From Vicugna vicugna (lineage: Eukaryota): a stretch of 64,000 bases of DNA. Position 1 is the stretch's first letter, and the number at the start of each line of letters is the position of its first letter. The DNA lies in NCBI GenBank assembly GCA_013265495.1, contig MU058463.1, positions 2,131,523 to 2,195,522 of the forward strand, in the 5' to 3' direction. Positions 1 to 13,374 of this stretch are shown here, piece by piece. A program made the translations under genes and the position numbers. The notes beneath the pieces were generated by a model. It saw nothing but the letters and a program-made list of their open reading frames with translations, made no database searches and was not told where the DNA came from.

Positions 1-749
1 ATTTAAACATAGGGCATCTGATTACACAAACCAAATTTTTAGCGACAATTGTCCAATGAGAACTTCTGATGCCTGGGTTTCTGAGTGATATGAAACCCCA
101 GGACCAAGTAATGAGATCAGAAGCTAGGAAAACTCACAGCGGACCAAGTGATTGGATCTGATCAAAGCTGATACGTGAAAGTAGCTCTCATTTTAAAACA
201 ACCGTGGCATGCTTACATTTTTGTGACTCTGTAAAATCACAGGCCTGCTTTTACAAATTTGAAAAGTATAATCTAGTATCAGTGGAAATGAGATACAAGG
301 AAACAAACTGGAAAATAGGAATGGTAAGAAAGCTTAGACAATGCGATGATCCTAACTGCAAGATACTTAATGCTTACACATCCCTAGGGGTGCTTCTAAG
401 TATGAACTACCTACATTTCCTTAGACAATAGTTGTCAAAGGTAATTCACCTTTTCCAAAACGAAAGAAAATGGGGCTCCAGTATGTCAGCATGAATCAGA
501 GGTCCCTTTCGGGGACATGTGTGTTAAGTTATCCATGTTTGTAATGATCTGCTACATTGTCTCTCTCCTATTGATGAAAAATGTGAAAAAAGAAGAGAGC
601 AGGTGAGTGTATCTATTAATATGGGTATGAAATAGTAGATAATGAATTATCACAGGTGAAGATGAATGTGTAGCTGGAAAGATACATGAAAGGTGGGGGT
701 GATGACTTGCGAAAAAGAAGATGGTACACTCCTCCTAAGGGTTGGAATT

Positions 750-835
750 TTATTTTGTTCCCCAAACATCCCCAGTACCCAGCACTATACCTGGTACTTA
801 GAAAGTATTTGATAAGTACCTACTTACTGAATGAT
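750..835 (+). mobile_element. L2 LINE 3' end fragment
   Basis: cccagtacccagcactatacctggtacttagaaagtatttgataagtacctacttactgaatga resembles the L2 3' terminus. Confidence 0.5.
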
Positions 836-904
836 TATCTACTATGTACTTAGCTATTAAGAATTACCTGTTGAAACTTCACAATCACATATCACGTTTA
901 AGTA

Positions 905-1080
905 CCAGTCTGACTAGTACTACAACTTTAAGTTGTTTAACCCATCTACACCTCAATTTCCTCATCTGTACAATGGGCACATGATGTCAACTTCATTAAG
1001 TTATGAAAATCAAGTAAGATAACATACATAAAATGCTTAGCATGGCCCATGTCACATTAAGTGGCCAATAAATGTAGCTA
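905..1080 (+). mobile_element. MIR SINE
   Basis: MIR core cctcaatttcctcatctgtacaatggg and 3' part aaatgcttagc...caataaatgtagcta. Confidence 0.75.
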
Positions 1081-1721
1081 GAAATACTAACTTTCCAGTG
1101 AGGTTACATTCAGCCTCAGCTTTTATCCATGGCACCTTAGCCCAGCTTATAATTTTTTCAGATGTATGGACCAGAAAGAACCATGAACAGACTGTCTTTG
1201 AGTGGTAGAGCCAGGACCATAACTGGCCTTTGACCAGTCCTCCTTAGTCACAATTCACAGGAGAAGGTCTTTCCTTAAGATACTGAGTTGTCTGGGTATC
1301 TTTCTCCATCAGAAGGAACCTCTTCCTGGCTCTTACACAACCCCAGTGAGTGAATGTGTTTCTCACTTAAACAACAAGGAAGATCCCACAGTGAAGTTGT
1401 GGCCACAGAGGTCAAATTTGTCACCTTCACTTATGGAAAGGAACTATCTACATCACTTCCACTGCTGAAGTCAGCCACCCATGGTTCTGTACTGTGGGAA
1501 CCACTCAATCAGCTACCCCCAAAGCCAGATTTCCTTGAAACTTAGTGCCTTTGAGTTTCTTATATTCCTTGATCTGGGCCCTGCAAGGACATATCTGGTA
1601 GACAAATTACCTGGAAACTCAAAGCCCTGGAGGATGGTGGGCTTTCTGTGGTCATGCTGACTGTGACCACTGTGATGATGCTGACAAGAGGCAGTGTAGT
1701 GAAGTGGTTAGAACAGTTTTG

Positions 1722-1935
1722 TCTACAATATTGTATCCTGGATGGGATCCTGGACTAGTAAAAGGACATTAGGTAAAGCTAAAGAAAATCTAAATAAGTC
1801 TGGACTTCAGTTAGTAATAGCATCAACATTGGTTCATTATTTATAACAAATGCATCACACTAACATAAGATGTTAATAATAGGGAGAAATGGATGTGGGG
1901 TATATGGGAACTTCATAATATCTTCTCAATTTCTA
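1722..1935 (+). mobile_element. L1MC4/5-like 3' UTR fragment
   Basis: atcctggatgggatcctggac...aaaggacattaggtaaaa...taagatgttaataataggg...gggtatatgggaact; similar to 42150-42320. Confidence 0.7.
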
Positions 1936-3379
1936 GAACAGTGATGAAGCCAGATATATAAACACAAGGCTGAATGAAGTTAAAATCCATGGTTCTTGAA
2001 TTAAATCAGATGCTCTTCTTCTGACATATTCAATATAAAGACTCAAACTGAAAAATCACCTCTTTGATTCTTACGCTAAACCATTTATTCATTCACAAAT
2101 ATTTGAGACATACTTCGGACACGATAACACACCGAGAGTGGCTAAGGGAGCGACTTTCAAGTACGATGCCTCACTCCAGTTTACACAGTTCACTTGGGTA
2201 GATGAGACGTAGCCCCAGAAATGGGAAAGAAAACACTGGATGTGAAATAGCCCCCTTCAGCAAACGACTTAGTCTCCACGACCTTTCTGAAGGAATGATA
2301 ATACTTCATACCTGCTCATTGAAGGGCTTGATAAAAGAACGACTGAGATAATACCTACAAATCCTCAGTGCTTCCTGAACAAAGGTTACTAGAGACAGAT
2401 TTTCCCCGGGTAACACTTTAACAAGCTGTGTGCCCTGTCACTCTTTTACCCTGTCATTATTAGTGGAGCTTCCAAGGGAAAAGCCCAGCTTCTTGCCAGG
2501 GGCCTCAGTAACAGGTAGAGTATTCAGGAATCCTGAATTCTAATGCCGTTGTTAATCTTCTGCAATTCTTTTGAAACTCTGCGTGCTTTAGCTTCACCTA
2601 CAAAAGACCTAACAGAGATTTTCTACAGAACAAACACGAGCAGAAAGAATAATTGTAAGGCCCTTTACAAAAACAACTGTTAGGACTATTCAGAGAGAGC
2701 CAGCAACGTGCAAACCTGTCCCCACTTGCTGAGAAACCCAGGAGCTGTTCTGTTGAACCAGCCCTACTCATACAGTAGACAAGCCTCCCAGTCTAGCTCA
2801 TGACGGGTCTTGTCATAATTCAGCTGGAGCCACTGGTAAATATCCACCTGTCTATTACTCATTAATAGCGAGAGACAGGATGTCAGCTGTTTCCGTGACT
2901 TGGAGAAACAGGCTTTTACCACCTTCTGGCTTACTCTCAAAGCAATGTTAGAAACAATAGGGCAGACAAAGAAAAAAAAAGGACAGGAAGATGCAATGTC
3001 AAAAATAAAAATAAATCATCACTGTCTGATGGATACAAAGATTACAGCCTTTAACTTGCTTTACAGGTTTTCATAATTCAACTTTGGCAGTTTGGTCATC
3101 TTAGAAGAAGGGGTAAAATGAAAGTCTCCACGCTGACTGACATATTAGGAAATTTTATTCAGCCAAGGCTGATAGGGTTTTTGATCTTTGGTAGTTATTA
3201 ACCCCCATCGCCGATGTTTTGATTATCTAACTTCTGTTTGGGCAGTAAATAATTTATGGCATGGTATGTTTAGCTATGATATGATTAGAGATCTTCTACT
3301 TTGAATATTAAACAGAATTGCTTCTTGTCTTCAATTTAATCCCAGGATGTACTTCTTGTGTCATTTACAACACTAATGG

Positions 3380-3780
3380 TTGTGTAAATAAATATGAAAA
3401 TTCAATGGTTCAACCCAGCACAAGTTTATTTCTCACTCATCTAACAGCCCAGGACAGGTGTTCCAAGAGAGCAGCAAGCTTTCCATCACACAGAGTCAAG
3501 GACCCAGGCTCTGCCTAGGCTATGGTTCTTCCATTCACCCATTCCTTACAACCATATCACCATCCGCATTCAGCAGTGTGAGGGGACAGGAAGCATGAAG
3601 AAGGCACAGCCCTGATCAGATGCCTTGGCCTCAAAGTGACACATATCACACATGGGCCAGGGGACTGGAGGCAAGGGGACTCTCACACACAGTCCTCACT
3701 GGGCAGCCACTTCCATGGAGTCTACACTTTGGAAGGAGGAACACAACTTCTTAGGGACAGTGAGCCTCCTCTGTCCCAAG
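3380..3780 (-). mobile_element. Old MaLR solo LTR (MLT1J/K/L-like)
   Basis: gtttatttctcactcat, gacccaggctc, aagtgacacatatcac and cagccacttcc...ggaagg motifs typical of reverse-oriented MLT1. Confidence 0.6.
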
Positions 3781-4384
3781 CACAAGCCTATATGAATGAG
3801 ATGCACAAAGCAAATGATTTCCAATGCCTCCCAATTCACTGAGCAACGCCTGAAATTCTATTGTCTTTTATTTAGGTTGAGACTGTGACCACCTGTTATA
3901 AGGTAAACATTCTTCCAACTGTTCAGGTATTTACATGCGAATGGCTTTCTGCTCCTTTCTTGACAGAAGAAATTGGCAGGGTGAGAGAGGCAGCAGAAGA
4001 CAAGAGCCTGAGGGTGGGGAGGGGAGAGAAAGGACAGGGAGAGCTATGGAATCCCTTCTCAAACCTACAGCCAGAGCCCGGGGGCCCCCATAGATGCTTT
4101 CATCCTCAGCAAAACTGCAGACAAGGTCTGATCTTGGCCATGGAAAACGGAAGCGCTTGAGCTCAGTAGCTCAAGACGCAAGGTCAGTCGCAGCTGCAGC
4201 CAGCCGGGCCCCGGGCCTACCACCAGCACCGGTGTTCGGCCTTCTGACAGCCGCTGTGACAACGTCCCTGCTTTAAACGTTCCTACAACTGGCCCTTGGC
4301 CTCTGTATCTGGACGGTGACTTGATTTTGCATGGAAATTTCAGAAACGTCAATCTCATATCATCTTTGCAATAATGAATGTGTA

Positions 4385-4520
4385 GAGTAGGCATTATTAT
4401 TCCCTTTACAAAAACAAAATAACAGAATCACAGGCAGGTTAAGTACTCATTCAAGTTCATGCAGCCATTACGTAGCTGAGCTAAGACCTGAAATCAGACC
4501 TCTCACTGCCCATCCAATAT
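4385..4520 (-). mobile_element. MIR SINE
   Basis: gtaggcattattattccc...aggttaagtactcattcaagttcatgcagc...gagctaagacctgaaatcagacct. Confidence 0.55.
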
Positions 4521-4859
4521 TCTTCCCACTATGAAATACTGTCCTACTGAATTTGCTTCTTCCTCTAGACCTGGGGTTTCCGACCTGTTTGCTGGCACAG
4601 TCCTCCAGCCCACTCTGTGCCTGGAGATCTGTTCCTCTGATGCTTTTATCCCACGGATAATTCATTATGGATCACTACCAGCTGCCAAGATCTTGCTGAC
4701 CGAGCAAACAGGCTGCTTCCCTTTGCAGAGGTTAGCCTACTCACCAAAAAATAAGTGCATCCCTTCACATAACGATAAGTACTACAAAGGGAACGAGTGG
4801 TGAAATGTAAGGAATGCAGGTGGCAGCTGTAGACAAATGGGGAGAGGACACCCATGTGG

Positions 4860-5400
4860 ACAGGACTACCAGGAAGGCCTTTCTAAAGGGGTATTTAAGC
4901 CCTTAGGCCTGACATGTGCTGGGTCAGCAGTGAGAAGAAAGTGGTGGTTTATGGAGGATGAGGAGTTCCTGGGTTGAAGAGACAGGCAGGTCCAAGGAAG
5001 GGAGCCCACGGGACTGAAGCAGGACTGGGTAGAGGAGGAGCAAAAGATGTGTTTGGAGAAGTAGGCAGGCCCAGGCTTGGAAGAGATTGGATCGTATTTG
5101 ATTTGTGGTTGGGATCCACTGAAGGGTTTTTTAAATAGGAAAGTGATGTGATCACATGTGCAAAAGATTAGTCTCCCTGTACCACGGGGAGCGGAGGGGA
5201 GGAAGGAGCAGGGTAAGGCACGGAGGCACGGCAGCAGTCCAGGGGTGAGACGACGGTGCCTTGGAATATGGTGGTGGCAGCCAGACGGGGCTCAGAGCAG
5301 AGCTGAGATGTATTTCGGAGGTAGAATGATAGGATTTGCTGATGGACTAGCTCTGAGTAACAAGAGAAAGGGAGGAATTAAGTTTGCCTTTTCAGGCCTT
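4860..5400 (-). mobile_element. L2 LINE fragment
   Basis: ccactgaagggttttttaaataggaaagtgatgtgatc; gcagtccaggggtgagacgacggtgccttgga; ggaggtagaatgataggatttgctgatggact. Confidence 0.7.
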
Positions 5401-7994
5401 TGGCTTCTGCAACAAGCTTCTAAAGCTGGTGTCTTTTTCAGGTGCTCACTCACCCCGATGGTGACACCTGGCTGAGCCTTTGAACTGGAGAGGGATGGGA
5501 CTTGGCTCCTCTTCACGTCTTAGCTAATAAAATGTTTTCTAGTAAGTGTTAGGAACACTCCCACACCACAGACATCATTCCCATTTTACTGGTATGGAAC
5601 CTGGGGCTTAGAGAGGCCAAATCAAAGTCACCCAGCTAATCAGTGTTGAAAGTCAGTCTCAGACGGTTTTGTCTCTTCTTCAAAACTCTCCTTAGTCGTC
5701 CTTCGTGGGGGGAGGGGGCAGATATTGTAATGGAATCCATCAGATATACGAGAACATATACAAAAATGGATACTGCGCTTCAAAGTACACTTCAGGGGGC
5801 TAGTTAATCCCTAACCACCTATTTCAGCTTAGACCTCTCCTCTGGAAACTGCCTTCAGAGCCTGTTTACCAGCCGTGGAAGATAATGTGCCTCAAGCTTA
5901 AGGATCAGGCCTCAGAAAGCAAGCAAGCTGCCTCCTCCGGGTGAGTTTAGGGACATGAAAAATGCCTCAATGTCTGCCGCAGATAACCCTCTCCCCCACT
6001 GGGTGAAGCCTAGATCCCCCCAATAAGAACTTTCATTAAATCTCTTTAATTAAAAAGTTTGATCCTGTGTTAAAATGAAAAGCCCTGCGAGAAAAGTCAC
6101 AAAGGACCCAAAAGCAAGGTGCCAGGTGGATCACTCTTGCTGCAATTATACTAATTCTCTCTTATCCTATTGTGAAGGCTCACTTATTCATGGTTTTGGG
6201 TTTGTTTTTTTCCCCTCCCTTTTGCTCTTTAGTTTGAGAAACAAACCCATGCTGGAGTGTTAATATCTATGTTTGTAATTCAAGCCCTGCTTGCCCAAGG
6301 TAATTTGCACTTTGACCGCAGCTGTCTGGAAATAAATTCTGATCAGTAAAATTTTCAAGCTAATAGAAAATATTTTTGCAGATGTCTTTTACCCTATCCT
6401 GATCATCCTTTTTCAATCTCTTAAATTCCATTTCTTCTAATTAGAATGTGGTTTTGGAGAACCAGTCAGATTTCATATGGAAATGTTTCAGTCAAAATTT
6501 TCCTAGGAAATTCCAATATGCCAATTTTTTACTACAAAAAAGGAAAGTAGAATTACTGTGACTTTTTATTTAGCACCAGTTGAGGTCTTTCAAAAAATAA
6601 TTGGTACAGTTCATTTGCTATTCCTTTCAGCAACCATACAGATTTATTTGTTTTACTACCCTTAACTGACACACCCCAAAAATCTCATTTCCAAGTCACA
6701 GGATGACATTTTACAATTTAGAATGTGGATGTTTTTATCCCCTTCCATGGCTAAACAGAAAGTCAAAAGCCCAACCACTCAATTTAGTAGCATGTAAATG
6801 ATTCTGAATACTTGTCAAATAGCCCCTTCCCTCCGTGCTGCACAGAAATGCAAACAGGTATGAAGAGAAGAAACACAGCCACATCTGTGTTGGTGAAACC
6901 AGGACCTCATACAGCAAAATAAACCATATCACATTCCTATTTTCTTGTTCCCTCAAGCTCTGTCATTCACTTAACATTGACTTAATACTTACGAAAGATA
7001 ATTGATAGAAAGGCTTTCCATCAAAGAAGCACAATTTAGGTCATATTTTGCTTACTCTAAGTCTTGACGCAAGTGGCAGTGAAAACATTATTCTCACACC
7101 CAGCCTGCGGTGATCAGGATTTGAAGCAAAAGGGAAAAACAAATCCATAATCTCCTCCACTTAATCTTTAACCTTTAATTTGTCTCTATCCAATTCTTAC
7201 AACTAAGAATATTCAGAAGAAGGTTTAAAATTGGAAGGAATAAGACAAAGACAGAGAAAGAGAAAGGAGAAAGAAAATCAAAACAGCATTTTAAAGAGAA
7301 TTACACCTGCTTGCAGTAAAGCAAAAAAAAAAAAAAAATTAAAGGCAGACACTCTGCCTTCCCTCCCTCAAAGCACATGTTTAAATAATTTGCAAAATGG
7401 TGGGGCAAAGAGTTTTTGCTTTCTTCCTGCATCCTCTATTCTTGGTGTCTCAGTACCTTCAGTAAGTTTTTTTTGGTTCATAAAATCCCCTCCTCATATT
7501 CTGTTTAAATGACATTACTATTTGCCCACTGGGAAAGGGGCTGATATTATCAACTTACTTGACAAAGGCTATGAAATTTGAAACAGACTGTGGGAAAATG
7601 TTGGCTCAATGGACAGTACTATAGTTCTGTTTCTCTTTTCTGGGTCAGAATGTCAAAGAGATAAGTCTCTGAATTCACACAAGTTACTTTCCCTGCCCTG
7701 GCTGCACACTGCATGGCAGATGGCCGAGAGCAGACTAATGTTCTGTAGTAACTTAAGTGTGGGATGGAACCAAAGCCAAGTTATTATCTTCACTTCTTAC
7801 TTTCTCTTCATCAGAGAAACAGCTTCAAAACTCATGACCCCATTCTTAGACAGTGAAATGTCTTCTTTTAAAAATATTCTGGGGCATTTTAAGTAACAAA
7901 TCAGGGAGAGACTATAGTCCATGCATGTCTCTGAGCTAAAAGAGCAAGAGGCTTTTGATAAATTAAAAGCTATTTTCCAGGAAACATTTTTCTT

Positions 7995-10900
7995 TCCTTG
8001 AAAAATGTTTTTATGATATTACATACCTACCAAATCGTATATAAACCATTTTATATAGAACACGTATGGAGAAAAATAGATGTTACCAACATGTTAGATG
8101 ACTCCTGGGTGCCCCTCCTTGAACACCTCTCCCTCCCCTCCAAGGGCAGGCACCATCTGAATTTATTCATCATTCATTTGTTTTTATAGTTTTACTTTGT
8201 ATATGTGGCCCACTAAACAATTTGTTTAGTTTTGCCAGCTTTGAGCTTCACAGTAATAAAATCACAGAATATGCATACTTACATGATTTGCTTCCTTCAC
8301 TTAGTATTCTTTAAGATCCATCTATGTTGACATTGTAGCTTTCATTCATGTATATTTACTGCCCTATAATATAGTATAAATACACCAGAATTTATTTATA
8401 CATTCTCTCGTTGGTGAACATTTAGATTTTTTCTGGTTCTTGACTTTTCAGAATCATGCTACTACGAACATTCTTGTACATCTGATAGTGTTCCTGTGCA
8501 GGAATTCTTTCGGAAGTTATATCAGAGCCCTAAATACATATTCTGCCTTCCCTGGCTAGAGCTCAGCTGTTTTGCAAAGGGACTCTACCAATTAACCTTC
8601 CCACAGCAGTGGATGAGATTTCCATTGATCCATATCTTTCCAACACTTGGTAATATCTAACTTTTCATTTTTTCCAGTTTGATAAGTGTCACATGATATT
8701 TCATTTGAATTTTAGCTTTCATTTTAATGATTACTAATGAACGTAAACATTTTCATATGTTAATCAAGCCGTCAAGTATCCTTTTCTATAAAAGACAAGT
8801 CTATTCCTGTCTTGCCTACTTTACTGTTGAGTAGATTTGTGTGTTTCACTTCTTGATTAGCAGGAACTCTTTATATATTTACAACACCAGTCCTTTGTAG
8901 TTGTATATGTTCATGGTGTCTTCTCCCAGGCTTTTGTTCATCTTTTCATTTCTTTGTATTATCAAAAAGTTGTTCATTTTAATGTGGTAATTCATCAGTT
9001 ATTCTATATACAGCTTGAATTTTTAGTGTCTTAAAAACCCTTTCTTACACAAAGGTTATAGAGTTATGCTTCGATACTGTTTTCTAAAAGTTTTTTAGTT
9101 TTGCCTTTCACAGTAAAAGTATTAAACTACTGGAACAAACTCACCCAGCTTCCACTATTACCAATTTACATAATCAGAGTATATTTATCAAAGCCAGGAA
9201 ACGCTGATGCAATACTATTTAAACTGCAAACCTTATTAAAATTTTGTCAGTTTCCCACTAAGATTGTTTTTTATTTAATCTTCAAGCATCCAGTCCACAA
9301 TCTCACATCACATTTAGTTGTTGTGTGTTCTCAGGCTCCCCTAATCCCTTCAGGCTTGCCTGACCTTGATACACTTGATGGGTACTGGTCAGTTATTTCG
9401 TAGAATATATTCCAGTTTTGGTCGGAAGACCAATTAGAATGGAATTATGCACTTCTATTAATATTATAGCTGTGATATTGTGCCCTTTTCCTTTTATATC
9501 TTAGAGTTGATAACATCAATATCTTAACCATGATCACTTGGTAAAGGTGATATCTGCCAGGTATTCCCACTGTAATATTTTTCTCTCTTCACGATAAATA
9601 TCTTGGGAGAGATACGTTGGACTGTGTTAATATCCTATTTCTCTTTAAACCTTGCCCACTGCCTTTAGCATTCACTGGTAGATCTTGCTTCCAACAATTA
9701 CTAATGAGGTGTTTGCCGAGTATGGTGTTTATATTTCTGTCATTCCTTCTACATTTATTCATTTGAATTCTTCTATAAGAAAGAGTTATCCCTTAATCCC
9801 ATTTATTAAATTATATATCAGTGTGGGCTCATGACTATCTATTTTATCTGTGGGCCATAGTGTATAACACAAGTATTTTGTTTCTCAAATTGGTCTAGTT
9901 TTGAACGTTGGAGCTTCTTCACTTTGGTTCCTGTGTCCTTTTGACATGCTCCAATCCTTCTTTGATCACTTCCTTTTTTCTTCTGGTATCACAAAATAAT
10001 TCAAGTTCATCTTATATATTTTCTGCCCTGATCCTGTAATTAATTTCTGAGAACCCCTAGTTCCTCTAATCAAAGAAAAGTATTTAGAAACCAAGATCTA
10101 AGTACTACTTTTGCCTGTTGCTACTGGGGTGCCATCTCTCCTAGACTCTCTCAGCAGGAAGGGCTATGAAATACTTGTATGCATCCTAACACACATACAC
10201 ACACACACCTCTATATTTATATACATAGTCTCAAATGCCTTGAGTTCATACTGATACCTCTGATTCTAAATCAACACAAGATTCATTTCAGCCTTCTCCT
10301 TTTGCTTATTTTTATTATCTTTTTCCGATAAACCTGATTCTCAGCGCCTACAATGCATTCACTCATTCCCCCAATCCTAGTATACACATAAATTACAGGA
10401 GTGTTCATCGCTGCTCCTAAGAGAAACAGTCACCGACTAGAGAAGAGTTTCTGTGTATAGGGTCGGGTTGTTTGTTTTATTTTGTCTTTTGTCTAACATA
10501 TCTAGCCAAAATATACTTTTCCAAGGTTACTTGAATTAGTTCTTGTCTTCCCCTTTGCCTCCAGTGAGGTTATGCTATTTATACTACAGTCACGTTCATT
10601 CATTACTGTTTATAGTCCATTTTGGGACCTCTGTATCCCGGTTGACCTTGTGTATATGTGGTTCTTGGAGTCAGATATTGACATTTTGTTCTCAGAGAGG
10701 AGTGTAAGTCCTCTCACTCACACTATCTCATTCCCATCTGTCCCTTTTCTCCACCCACTTTCCATCTACCTATATATTTCAAGTGATTACCTCCATACAT
10801 ACATTTTTTTAATGGAGGTGCTCATTCCTACTTCCACATAGAGATTCACCTTTATGTTTTTAAATGCCCACCATTTAAATTTTGCTGAAATTTTACCAGT

Positions 10901-11250
10901 CACCACTTAGTTGGATAAAGTTCATCCTCCAGTAGATTCCTAAGAATAGGTGATAAGCAGAGAGTTCCCTACCTTCTTACATGTTGAGAATTGTTTTTCT
11001 ACAGCTGTAGTATTTGACAGACTCCTTGGTTGAATGAAAAATCATTGGCTTTTCCTTTTGTTCAGAGATTTTCATCCTACGTGTGCTTTCTTGTTGCCTT
11101 TGCTTTGTAGATGAGTTTTTCAAAAGTCTGATACCAATCTAGTTGTTTTGACGTTGAAAGTTATTTGAATGTTTCATGTGAAGACCTTGAGAAGTTTATC
11201 TTTGAAACCTAATAACTTACTGATAAATTTTGGATTTTATATATAGTCAT
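7995..11250 (-). mobile_element. Cluster of old L1 fragments (L1ME/L1MC/L1M-like)
   Basis: T-rich antisense L1 3' UTR/ORF2 motifs (catgctactacgaacattcttgtaca, ttcccacagcagtggatgag, ttgcctttcaca), followed by L1MC-type cacatcacatttagttgt and tatttagaaaccaagatct. Confidence 0.7.
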
Positions 11251-12074
11251 ATATGAAATAAGGGCTGTTTTTCTTGCTTCCTTTCCAATTCTCTTCCTTC
11301 CTTCCACTTTCTGTCTGCCACCTTGGTCCTAGCACCAGGCTAGGACCACTTTCTTAGTTATGTCACAGCCCAGGCCTACTCCCTATGAATAATTCTCTAC
11401 AACTCCTGGCTCTGTGCTCTTGGTTCTGCCCTCTGAGTCATCCATCCTTTTCCACAAAAATAGCCCCAGGCTGCAGCAGAGTAGAATTCTAAGCTTGTTC
11501 CTGTTGGCAGTAATTTGGAAATCCCAAGTTCTCTTTGCACTTTGTTCTGGCTCTGCCTTCTTCAGTCCAAGCTAGTATAAACAGATATTTAACTTAAAAA
11601 AATGCTAAGACAGATAGGAATAAATTAAAAGTATACTAAATAAGTATGCAGAGGTAATTAAGAAAATAAGCAGTTTTAGGCGCTGATGCCAGGCAGACTT
11701 TGACCAAACGCCACAATCGACCAGTCACTATCTCTGTATACATAGCCTCATGCAACTTCTTTTTATTTCAGTTCTATTATCCTGAAATGTGGATGAGGGA
11801 TGTAAATGAGTCAACATTTAAAATACTTTCAGGACCTGCTACATGGATATTGCAAAATGGTTGTTATTCCTTCTCACAGAGAATTTAGGTTCAGCATAGA
11901 CAGATTAACAAGAAAAAAGAGCAAAAATTGAACAAACAAACAAAACAAGTACAAGATATTTAGCCATTTTAACCAACATCTTTTAAAGATATAGTAAGTA
12001 GTGGCAGAATTGTTCTTGCAATTTCATATTGATGTTCTTGCAATATTGTTTCATTTTTTAGGTATAAGCAGCAC

Positions 12075-12265
12075 CACTTAATGGCAAAAAGTACTGAAGT
12101 CAGAGGTCTTGGCTTTTCATCCTGGCTCCTCCTCTAACCAATAGCTACTTGATGTGAGTAACTCACAAACCCTCTTGAGGCTTAGTTTTTACGTCTGCAG
12201 AATAGGAATTCTACCCCTGTCCTGTTTTCTCTCCACAGTAATTGTTGCTATCAGATGAGACCATG
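12075..12265 (+). mobile_element. MIR SINE
   Basis: gaagtcagaggtcttggcttttcatcctggctc...gcttagtttttacgtctgcagaatagg. Confidence 0.55.
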
Positions 12266-12359
12266 AAGCTGTCAAGAGAAGAGAACCATCACTGAATGCC
12301 CGCTGTGTGCCTGGCGCTTGTACACAGCATCCCATTTAGACCTCTCAAAAAACCCTGAG

Positions 12360-13183
12360 AGGGACATCTAATTTTGAGCAACTTACATGTAACGAAACAG
12401 ACTCAAAGTTTAAGTACCTTGTTTTGGGTTACTTGCTAAACAGTCAAGCTGGATTTGAATCGAGCCCACATACTTTCTCCTGACACAGCACTTGGAAAAC
12501 TATGGTCTTCTTGGCATTATGTCCCAGATCATGTTAATTGGAATGAGTGAGACAGACTCGGGAAGGCAGACCTGAAAGCAGGTGTGCTCACTGAGGTGGG
12601 GTGGGGAGTGAGTAGGGCAAAGCCAGTGCTGGAAGGTCAGGCAGGGAAGCAGAGCCTGGGCAGGAAGCAGTAGTGAAGTCAGATAAACGTAGGAAATCTA
12701 AATGGAGGGAGGGCATAAAGCATCTAGACAGAATGGCATCCATAAAGGACCCAGAGGTGAGGAGGCATGCCAGGGACATCTAATTTTGAGCAACTTACAT
12801 GTAACGAAACAGACTCAAAGTTTAAGTACCTTGTTATGGGTTACTTGCTAAACAGTCAAGCTGGATTTGAATCGAGCCTACATACTTTCTCCTGACATAG
12901 CACTTGGAAAACTATGGTCTTCTTGGCATTATGTCCCAGATCATGTTAATTGGAATGAGTGAGACAGACTCGGGAAGGCAGACCTGAAAGCAGGTGTGCT
13001 CACTGAGGTGGGGTGGGGAGTGAGTAGGGCAAAGCCAGTGCTGGAAGGTCAGGCAGGGAAGCAGAGCCTGGGCAGGAAGCAGTAGTGAAGTCAGATAAAC
13101 GTAGGAAATCTAAATGGAGGGAGGGCATAAAGCATCTAGACAGAATGGCATCCATAAAGGACCCAGAGGTGAGGAGGCATGCC
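12360..13183. repeat. Direct tandem duplication, 2 x 412 bp (12360-12771 and 12772-13183)
   Basis: Copies align end to end with only 3 substitutions seen; twin ORFs at 12588 and 13000 are offset by 412. Confidence 0.97.
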
Positions 13184-13254
13184 GCCAAAGCAGATAAATA
13201 AGCTTCAGTGCAAGGAAATCAGCAGCAGATGGTGGGACCTCTGAGTTAAAAATC

Positions 13255-13350
13255 ACAGGGCAGGAGAGATTTTTTTTCTGTTTTTCTCACTGCCACACTC
13301 CCTATGCCTGGTAGACAGTAGGTGTTCAATAAATAATTGTTGAATAAGTG
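13255..13350 (+). mobile_element. L2 3' end
   Basis: tgcctggtagacagtaggtgttcaataaataattgttgaataagtg. Confidence 0.7.
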
Positions 13351-13374
13351 TGAGGGACAGGGAAGACAAGGTTC

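Noticed and set aside
12588..13188. Twin small ORFs as a duplicated gene
   Set aside because: A by-product of the 412-bp duplication; starts are not conserved and there is no coding evidence.
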